Positions 8,989 to 14,861 of a stretch of 18,308 nucleotides of DNA are shown here, piece after piece. The stretch spans positions 1 to 18,308 of the forward strand of contig CAYZJZ010000008.1 of NCBI GenBank assembly GCA_964478905.1, written 5' to 3'. Each line of letters starts with the position of its first letter. Position 1 is the first letter of the stretch. Made by a program: the position numbers and the translations under genes. The notes beneath the pieces were generated by a model that did not search any database, had not been told where the DNA came from, and worked only from the letters and a program-made list of their open reading frames with translations. Source of the DNA: an uncultured Eubacteriales bacterium. GTDB lineage: Bacteria; Bacillota; Clostridia; TANB77; RGIG9151.

Positions 8989-9270
8989 CTAAAGGATATT
9001 TTCAAGACTTGCTTTAATCTTTTTTAATTCTTCATTTTTTTCTTCAGCCGATTCATCTTCAAGGATAATACTATTTAACCCCAGCTGTAACAACAATTCT
9101 TTCAATTCATCCATTTTCCATTGATTTTCATCCTCTTTTGCGACAAAACTTTTAATTAAAAATATTCCCGAAAAATTATAGTTTTCCCCTGATAATTCTT
9201 TATACGCTTCCTTCCATTTTTCTGTACATTCTTTTAATAATTTTTCATTTACTTCTTCAATGTTTTCCAA
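8989..9270 (-). CDS. Hypothetical small acidic protein, 93 aa, TTG start
   Basis: Open frame with the strong SD GGGAGGGA 6 nt upstream of the TTG at 9270 and a dedicated consensus-like promoter. Glu-rich and predicted helical. No family recognised. Confidence 0.6.
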   Translation of the reverse strand: MENIEEVNEKLLKECTEKWKEAYKELSGENYNFSGIFLIKSFVAKEDENQWKMDELKELLLQLGLNSIILEDESAEEKNEELKKIKASLENIL

Positions 9271-9290
9271 GGATAGTCCCTCCCTATTTC

Positions 9291-9312
9291 CTGCTAATTA
9301 ATTGTTTAGCAG
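9291..9312. promoter_or_regulatory. Inverted repeat CTGCTAA-N8-TTAGCAG in the 5' UTR of the 93-aa gene
   Basis: Perfect 7-bp arms located between the predicted transcript start and the SD (ends about 5 nt before GGGAGGGA). Either an operator or an SD-proximal RNA hairpin. Confidence 0.35.
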
Positions 9313-9337
9313 TATTCATTTTTACCCATAGAACAGT

Positions 9338-9366
9338 ATTGTACTGCATTTTTATACTTATGTCAA
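9338..9366 (-). promoter_or_regulatory. Strong sigma-A promoter for the 93-aa gene (-35 TTGACA, 17-nt spacer, -10 TACAAT)
   Basis: Minus-strand read: TTGACA (9361-9366) and TACAAT (9338-9343). The palindrome CAGTA-N3-TACTG (9334-9346) is centred on the -10. Confidence 0.6.
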
Positions 9367-9376
9367 CTTTTTTCGC

Positions 9377-9631
9377 TTATTTACTAAATTTAATATATTT
9401 ATCCATCAAATAAGATATAATTTCCGGAGTATATTTTTCCATTGCTTGTTTTTTTAATGGCTCATCTCGATTTATTCTTAAATATTCAACTTTTCCATCG
9501 TATTGATGAACAAAGAAATTCTCTACATTATCCGGCAAATTAATCTTTATATCATCGTCTAATAAGTCAATTATATCTCTTACTTGATTAATCGACTTTT
9601 GAATATCTAACTTAGTATCTTCCTCCACCAA
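9377..9631 (-). CDS. Hypothetical small acidic protein, 83-84 aa, overlapping the 3' end of the upstream 561-aa gene
   Basis: Start is TTG at 9631 or GTG at 9628, preceded by the SD AAGGGAGAG. It overlaps the upstream stop (9612-9614) by 17-20 nt, indicating translational coupling. By my count 18 D/E versus 13 K/R. No family recognised. Confidence 0.6.
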   Translation of the reverse strand: MVEEDTKLDIQKSINQVRDIIDLLDDDIKINLPDNVENFFVHQYDGKVEYLRINRDEPLKKQAMEKYTPEIISYLMDKYIKFSK

Positions 9632-11297
9632 TATACTCTCCCTTCAGCATTTTTTTCCTTAAATCCAAAATCCCTTTTGAAGGCAACTCACTTTTAGCAA
9701 TTTCAACAGCATCACCAAGAGGATTTTGTTCTAAGTCACGGCCATCTTTTTCAAATGTAAAAGCCAGTAACGCTTGGACAGCTTCTAGCATTTGAGCTTT
9801 CGTACAATTTTGAGCTTTAACAAATTCGTCAATTTCTTCTACCGAAATAGTTCCTTCTTTTTTTTCGTCTTTCATTTTCTTAAACTTATCACTTATCTCT
9901 TGTTTTATAGATTTCAACAATTTGGAAACTTTTTCTTCATCATTAAAAGTCTCTCTATTTATTTTATCTTTGCTTAATCCATCTAAAATAAGCAATAATG
10001 CCGAATCCACAACGGTATCAGGCTCAACGTCATAATCTTCAAATTTAAAAGTACTAAATATATTTTTAATTTTAGTTATTAATGTTTTCATAGAATTCAT
10101 GGAAAATTGCTCTCTTAACACCTCATTTTCCACTTTATCAAGAATAGATATATTCTCATCAATATCGTTTATTCCCAAAGCTTCTAAATTAGCAAGCATC
10201 TCATATCTTTCCCCTATTTCATCAAATGTCCCTAGTTTTCGTGGGAAATTATTAGCAAGATTAAATCTATTCTCAACCATTTTCAATATTTTTTCAAAAT
10301 CCCCATTTTGAAAATCAATAGCATTTACTATTTTATTTAATAGATATATACTCTCCGCATTCTTTTCATCGTTTCTAGAATCCACCAAACCATATAATTT
10401 ATTAAACTTCTCATCAACTTCTTTTTGTGAATCATTTTGATATTCATCTCTTATTTTTGCTCTAATTTTACTTTCAATTACTTTTACTCCTGAGTGTCCA
10501 CCCTCATTATATATTTTTTCTTCTTGAGTTAAAACCTCTCCATTTAGTAACTTATCCAATTCATCTTCTGAAACATCTAAAACTGGGAAATTATCACTAA
10601 TAATTTCTTTTATACCAAGTTTATTTTCACTTCTAGTAAAAAGCATATCATTTAACGTATTCATTCCTTTTTCGTTATGTCTAAGTTCCTCACCGGTCAT
10701 TTGAGCAAATTTAAAATCTTTTCCAGAGAAAGAATTGTATTCACCTACACCCTCACCACCATATGATTGATACATATCATTTGTAACATCTACTAAATGT
10801 GCAAAATCCGAATTAGCATCCACCATTCCCAAATGCCATGAAATAACAGACTTTTCGTCATATTTATCTAATTGAACTGTATAATTTGATTCAATCTTAC
10901 TTTTCGCTGGATCAATTCCACTGCCACGTTCCGCTATTTCTCCAACAACATCAATACGAGACAATGCATCAATGCCCACGGTTTTCATTAAATAAAACCT
11001 TCTTTTATTAATATTCGAAATTTCAGGTAGTTTAGCTAATCTATTAGATAATTCTACCACATTAACAACCTTAGTTATCCATTCCAACTTATCATATTTA
11101 CCTATTGAGGGAATTTTACCTGATAAATAAGTCGGTAACCTTATTCCCTCACTTTTTAGCATATCCCTTAATTCTTTAATACATATATCTAAATTAGAAA
11201 TAGAGTCTTCTTGTATTTCAATCTCAAAACTTCCATTAAAGCCGGTTGCATTTTTTAATGTATTATATATATAATGAATTTTGCTATTACTTATCAT
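9612..11297 (-). CDS. Large acidic hypothetical protein, 561 aa from the refined start
   Basis: Long uninterrupted frame. ATG at 11297 (MISNSK) follows GGTGAT by 4 nt; the ORF-track GTG at 11309 is possible. No Walker A, HExxH, HNH or relaxase motif that I can recognise. The C-terminal half is rich in E/K/D and looks helical. The extreme C-terminus is basic (LDLRKKMLKGEYIGGGRY). Confidence 0.8.
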   Translation of the reverse strand: MISNSKIHYIYNTLKNATGFNGSFEIEIQEDSISNLDICIKELRDMLKSEGIRLPTYLSGKIPSIGKYDKLEWITKVVNVVELSNRLAKLPEISNINKRRFYLMKTVGIDALSRIDVVGEIAERGSGIDPAKSKIESNYTVQLDKYDEKSVISWHLGMVDANSDFAHLVDVTNDMYQSYGGEGVGEYNSFSGKDFKFAQMTGEELRHNEKGMNTLNDMLFTRSENKLGIKEIISDNFPVLDVSEDELDKLLNGEVLTQEEKIYNEGGHSGVKVIESKIRAKIRDEYQNDSQKEVDEKFNKLYGLVDSRNDEKNAESIYLLNKIVNAIDFQNGDFEKILKMVENRFNLANNFPRKLGTFDEIGERYEMLANLEALGINDIDENISILDKVENEVLREQFSMNSMKTLITKIKNIFSTFKFEDYDVEPDTVVDSALLLILDGLSKDKINRETFNDEEKVSKLLKSIKQEISDKFKKMKDEKKEGTISVEEIDEFVKAQNCTKAQMLEAVQALLAFTFEKDGRDLEQNPLGDAVEIAKSELPSKGILDLRKKMLKGEYIGGGRY

Positions 11298-11353
11298 ATA
11301 AATCACCACTCAATATATCGTCAAAAAAATCTCAACCTTAATATATACTCTTT

Positions 11354-11408
11354 AAAAAAGGTGGACTAAAGTCGAGGCTACTTTTTCAGTATCCTCACCT
11401 TAGTCCAC
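11354..11408 (-). terminator. Strong rho-independent terminator ending the T4CP transcription unit
   Basis: Minus strand: GTGGACTAA...TTAGTCCAC (perfect 9-bp outer stem, extended by 2+4 further pairs including GAGG/CCTC), followed directly by C and TTTTTT. It starts 4 nt after the stop of the 55-aa gene. Confidence 0.75.
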
Positions 11409-11411
11409 TTT

Positions 11412-11579
11412 TTACATCATACTTGCTACTTCACTCATAACTTTACTTGCTTTTTTTATAGCTTGACGACTAGGTTTCCAAACTTTCTTTTTCATCCATC
11501 CGGAATTACTTATGCCGGTTAATCCTAAAGCCGCTCCAACAATACTACCAACTAACAAGCCTCGTGCAAAATTATTCAT
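11412..11579 (-). CDS. Small membrane protein, 55 aa, YtxH-like Gly-rich helix (not in the supplied ORF track)
   Basis: Hand translation: MNNFARGLLVGSIVGAALGLTGISNSGWMKKKVWKPSRQAIKKASKVMSEVASMM. SD GAGGTG lies 6 nt upstream of the ATG at 11579, with TAA at 11412-11414. One Gly/Ala-rich hydrophobic segment is followed by a Lys-rich tail. It sits between the T4CP stop and the terminator. Confidence 0.55.
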   Translation of the reverse strand: MNNFARGLLVGSIVGAALGLTGISNSGWMKKKVWKPSRQAIKKASKVMSEVASMM

Positions 11580-11636
11580 AACACTCACCTCTATGAATTA
11601 TTTTTTTCAAATAGTCAAAAATAATACATAGGGATT

Positions 11637-13547
11637 TTAGGAAGATAAACTTCCAAATAATTCATCAAACTTAGCTTCCAAACGCTTTTGAATATCTTCA
11701 TCATCTAAATTGCTTTCAATTTCCGGATCTTCTCCTATACCATTGTTTGGGATATGTGAATTATCAGCCGGTCCGGTTTTTAATCCATAAGGATAAACAA
11801 TCCTAAATTCACCTCTATGGTTTAACGTTGGGTCATTATGATTAAGTTTAAACTTATCAATTTCATTTGCCTTTGGATGCATACTAATATCGTATTTTTT
11901 AGCCTTAATCGGTCTCATACCTTTAACCATAACAATACTTGTATCAAGTGGGAGACGTTTTAATTCATCAATAGTCATCAAAGAACGCCCCATAGATTGG
12001 TCAGATATACTTTGAGAATCAAGACCACTTGCAAGTAATGAACCTCCTAATTTCCCGCTTCTCGAAACTTGTTCTTTATTAATGGTAGTTTCGCCTAAAG
12101 TCTTTGAAATATACTCACAAGTAGCAGTAGCCTGGCTTCCTAAGAATAGATGAGTATCACAGTTAGCCATAATATTTTCATAAATATCTTTATACAAATC
12201 CTTTAATTGGTCTATACTCTGTAAAACAATACTAATATTAATATTTCTACTTCTACTCGTACTAAGCTTTTGGTTAAAATCAGGAATTTGTCCAACGTTT
12301 GCGAATTCGTCCATAAGGAAGAATACAGGAATATCCAACGTACATTTTCCGTCCGGTCTTATCGCCGAATTCTCATCAGCCTTATAATATAGTCTTTGTA
12401 AAACTTGACCAAAAAATACAGTAGAAATAAAGTTGAATGCACTATGGCTATCCGGTGTAATAACAAAAGTAGCCATTTTTTTAGACCCCATTGCGTCTAT
12501 ATCTATCGAACTCGTTCCGGTAATTGAGGAAATCTGAGGAGTATCAAAGACATTAAGACGAGTCGCAAGTCCAACTAAAACTCCCGCCCTTGTTTTATCT
12601 ACCGCCAATCTAAAAGTTTCATAGCTTTTTCTAGCCATATGTTCAAACGGAAGGCGCATAAATACATCATCCATCCATTCAAAATTTTCTCCGGCTCTTA
12701 CCATAGCTAAACAACTCGCAAAAGACCGTTCCTCTTTAGGACATTCGCTAAGCAAATAATAAATACAAGAATTAAGTAAAGCTCTCTCCGCTTGAGGCCA
12801 AAAAGGATCTTCATTAGTAGAACCTTTACTGGTACCTTTAATTATAGCATCACTTATAATATCAACATCAAGCGTTCCACCTATATGCCAAAGCGGATTA
12901 TACGAGTCACTACATTCAGGATTAACCAAGTTAATACATCTTACTTCATATCCATTTTCTTGTAAAAATCCGGCAGCAGTATCAAAGTTTTCACCTTTAG
13001 GGTCAGTTACAACATATGAGCCTAGCATTTGCATCATATTCGGCATAATATAACCTCTTGATTTTCTAGAACCCGCACCACCTATAATTAAAACATTTTT
13101 ATTAATAAATTTGTTATCCGTAGTTAAATAATTATCTTTAGCTAAAATTATACCTGTATTTTTATTTAATATTTCATATTGCTCTCCATCAGCCCAACCA
13201 CTAGAACCATGTTCAACGCCTTCATACTCTTTTTTAATCCAATAATTTTTAACTTCATACATTGTACAAAATATTAAAACGATAACAGCACTCCAGAAAA
13301 ATCCACCTAAAAAGGCGTTCCTTGCAACAACCGACGAAAATAGTTCTCCAATAAACGTAACCGGATTAAGATTTACAAAAATTTTCGTCACAAAGAAATT
13401 TATAACTTCAAAACCCTTAATTCCGTTACTATTTATTTGAGATATCGTAGCCGCATAAGAACCGCCTAAAAATATTCCAACTATTAAAGTAAGTATCCCA
13501 TAAAAACTAAATCTTTTTTTCCTGTTTTTCAAAAGATTTTTCATCAT
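11637..13547 (-). CDS. Type IV secretion coupling protein (VirD4/TraG/PcfC family T4CP), 636 aa, with an atypical Walker A
   Basis: Two N-terminal TM segments (FYGILTLIVGIFLGGSYAATI; FLGGFFWSAVIVLIFCTMY). P-loop region NVLIIGGAGSRKSRGYIMPNMMQ...SYVVTDPKGE, Walker B FFLMDEFANVG, IVLQSIDQLKDLY and NCDTHLFLGSQ motifs are typical of Gram-positive T4CPs. SD GAGGAGAG lies 7 nt upstream of the ATG. Confidence 0.9.
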   Translation of the reverse strand: MMKNLLKNRKKRFSFYGILTLIVGIFLGGSYAATISQINSNGIKGFEVINFFVTKIFVNLNPVTFIGELFSSVVARNAFLGGFFWSAVIVLIFCTMYEVKNYWIKKEYEGVEHGSSGWADGEQYEILNKNTGIILAKDNYLTTDNKFINKNVLIIGGAGSRKSRGYIMPNMMQMLGSYVVTDPKGENFDTAAGFLQENGYEVRCINLVNPECSDSYNPLWHIGGTLDVDIISDAIIKGTSKGSTNEDPFWPQAERALLNSCIYYLLSECPKEERSFASCLAMVRAGENFEWMDDVFMRLPFEHMARKSYETFRLAVDKTRAGVLVGLATRLNVFDTPQISSITGTSSIDIDAMGSKKMATFVITPDSHSAFNFISTVFFGQVLQRLYYKADENSAIRPDGKCTLDIPVFFLMDEFANVGQIPDFNQKLSTSRSRNINISIVLQSIDQLKDLYKDIYENIMANCDTHLFLGSQATATCEYISKTLGETTINKEQVSRSGKLGGSLLASGLDSQSISDQSMGRSLMTIDELKRLPLDTSIVMVKGMRPIKAKKYDISMHPKANEIDKFKLNHNDPTLNHRGEFRIVYPYGLKTGPADNSHIPNNGIGEDPEIESNLDDEDIQKRLEAKFDELFGSLSS

Positions 13548-13570
13548 ATGTTTTCTCTCCTCTTTAGTAA

Positions 13571-14131
13571 CTATCTATCCATTCCATCTATCTCTCTCAT
13601 TTTTCTTCTCTCCGGATCATTATATCTAGCGTACCTCTCTTGAGCAATCACGCTATCGTCAGTTATATCTTTGTCATTTACATTATCCGCTCTATCAACA
13701 TATTTAGCTCTATCTTCAACTGTAACTTCTCTCTCGGTCTCTTTCTCCGGTCTTTCAACAATTTTATTCTGAATTAAAATTTCTTCAATTTCATCGCGAT
13801 TTTGAGCTGCTTCTATCTGTAAAGCTACATTTGGACTAAGTTCCTTATCTAAAGTTATCTTATCTTGAATCGGTCCGTCGTTGTAGAAAATAACTGTTCC
13901 TTCATTTACAGGCATTATAACTGCTTTTGAATTATCCATATTTAAATACACACCGGTAGCTCTTAAATTATCATATAATTCATTAAAATTTTGAGCTTCC
14001 ATAATCATTTTTTCCATTTCTTGGTTGCTAAGATTAGTTTTTAGATTACCGGAACTCTCAAACTCCGGTTCTCCCTTATCATTAATCCCCATTACATAAG
14101 CTCCGAAATTCAGTCTAGTCTCTCCGTTCAT
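13571..14131 (-). CDS. Hypothetical protein, 186 aa (globular N-terminal part of about 115 aa plus a highly charged tail)
   Basis: SD GAAGGAGG lies 7 nt upstream of the ATG at 14131. Its stop is 23 nt before the T4CP start. The tail ERPEKETEREVTVEDRAKYVDRADNVNDKD...RRKMREIDGMDR looks low-complexity/disordered. No family recognised. Confidence 0.7.
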   Translation of the reverse strand: MNGETRLNFGAYVMGINDKGEPEFESSGNLKTNLSNQEMEKMIMEAQNFNELYDNLRATGVYLNMDNSKAVIMPVNEGTVIFYNDGPIQDKITLDKELSPNVALQIEAAQNRDEIEEILIQNKIVERPEKETEREVTVEDRAKYVDRADNVNDKDITDDSVIAQERYARYNDPERRKMREIDGMDR

Positions 14132-14145
14132 AAATATGCCTCCTT

Positions 14146-14712
14146 CTACAACATTACATTAGCTAACTCCTTAGTTCTATCATCTTGAGGTAATTTTACA
14201 GTAACGCTCATTTCTAAAACAACATACTTTCTATATGGATTTAACTTATAGTTTCCCTTTAAGTTACCAAACATATCAGGAGAAGAAATTTGAGGAATAA
14301 TTTGCTCACCCGTCTCAGTATCCAGTAAAACCATTTGTCTTTTAGGATTATAAGTAAACGAAATATTTCTAGCCTCAACATCAGATTCTCCATAATTCAT
14401 ATACTCAAGTTGTATAGTTTCATCAGAAGATACAAATTTATTATCAATAATTTGTCCATATCCTATAACACATCTGTTCTTAGCTAAAGACGCAATCAAA
14501 ACATTCGTGTTATCTCCTGATGCATCATAAGGAATAGAAAAAGTTTTCTGAATTCTTCCATCCACCGCATTTTCAATATACTCAAGTTTTTCTAAAGTAC
14601 ACAACGGTAAGTTCTTCCATTGTTCCTTTTTAGTAAATTTAATTGAAAACGCAACTACATTAACTCCCACAGGTTGAACAACATTAAATTCTATTCCTTC
14701 CAAAAAGTTCAT
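14146..14712 (-). CDS. Hypothetical protein, 188 aa, first gene of the T4CP unit
   Basis: SD AAGGAGGAA lies 5 nt upstream of the ATG at 14712. No signal peptide or TM segment. Composition suggests a beta-rich fold. No family recognised. Confidence 0.7.
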   Translation of the reverse strand: MNFLEGIEFNVVQPVGVNVVAFSIKFTKKEQWKNLPLCTLEKLEYIENAVDGRIQKTFSIPYDASGDNTNVLIASLAKNRCVIGYGQIIDNKFVSSDETIQLEYMNYGESDVEARNISFTYNPKRQMVLLDTETGEQIIPQISSPDMFGNLKGNYKLNPYRKYVVLEMSVTVKLPQDDRTKELANVML

Positions 14713-14745
14713 TTGGCTTCCTCCTTGGTAACATAATCTATTTAT

Positions 14746-14774
14746 ATTTTAGCACATAACATATCAAAAATCAA
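14746..14774 (-). promoter_or_regulatory. Near-consensus sigma-A promoter with extended -10 driving the 188aa-186aa-T4CP-55aa unit
   Basis: Minus-strand read: TTGATT (14769-14774), 17-nt spacer, TGCTAAAAT (-10 TAAAAT at 14746-14751 with TGn). Immediately upstream is an A/T-rich block with TTTATATA repeated (14776-14783 and 14791-14798), resembling an UP element. Confidence 0.6.
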
Positions 14775-14861
14775 GTTTATATAGCTATGCTTTATATAAC
14801 TTTATGTTATTATTTAAATTCCCTATTTGAAAAAAGGTAATGAATCTAAACAGTAACAAAT

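Larger units (their letters stand above)
8989..14774 (-). mobile_element. Putative accessory cassette (ICE/IME-like remnant or novel T4CP-centred module) between recN and the yraN operon
   Basis: Seven CDS. The only recognisable family is a conjugation-type T4CP, and both flanks are core housekeeping genes. No integrase, relaxase, VirB4 or att repeats were seen, so mobility is unproven. The left boundary is uncertain (the 93-aa gene may or may not belong). Confidence 0.35.

Noticed and set aside
9331-9344. GAAC/GTTC half-site (minus-strand TACAATACTGTTC) overlapping the -10 of the 93-aa gene, considered as a LexA (Cheo) box because recN is nearby.
   Set aside because: Only one half of GAAC-N4-GTTC is present, and the partner half reads ACAA. 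I found no full Cheo box anywhere in the intergenic regions.
9612-11297. Calling the 561-aa protein a relaxase on the basis of the N-terminal Tyr cluster and the H/D-rich patch.
   Set aside because: The residues do not fit any relaxase motif I know (no HxDxxxHxH-type three-His motif, no recognisable motif I context). It is kept only as a hypothesis to test, not as an annotation.
11298-11353. Promoter for the 561-aa gene (candidates TTGACG-N17-TTATAT and TTAGTC-N16-TATATA).
   Set aside because: The first would place the transcript start inside the coding region. The second has a poor -35 that overlaps the terminator stem. Neither is good enough to annotate.
8911-14796. An 11-nt inverted match flanking the cassette: TATAAAGCATA at 8911-8921 and its reverse complement at 14786-14796. 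Considered as possible terminal inverted repeats or att remnants.
   Set aside because: The match does not extend beyond 11 nt. By rough estimate it is near the chance expectation for two ~200-nt AT-rich regions. The left copy is part of a local palindrome, and the right copy lies in the A/T-rich UP-like block of the promoter. Not convincing as element ends.
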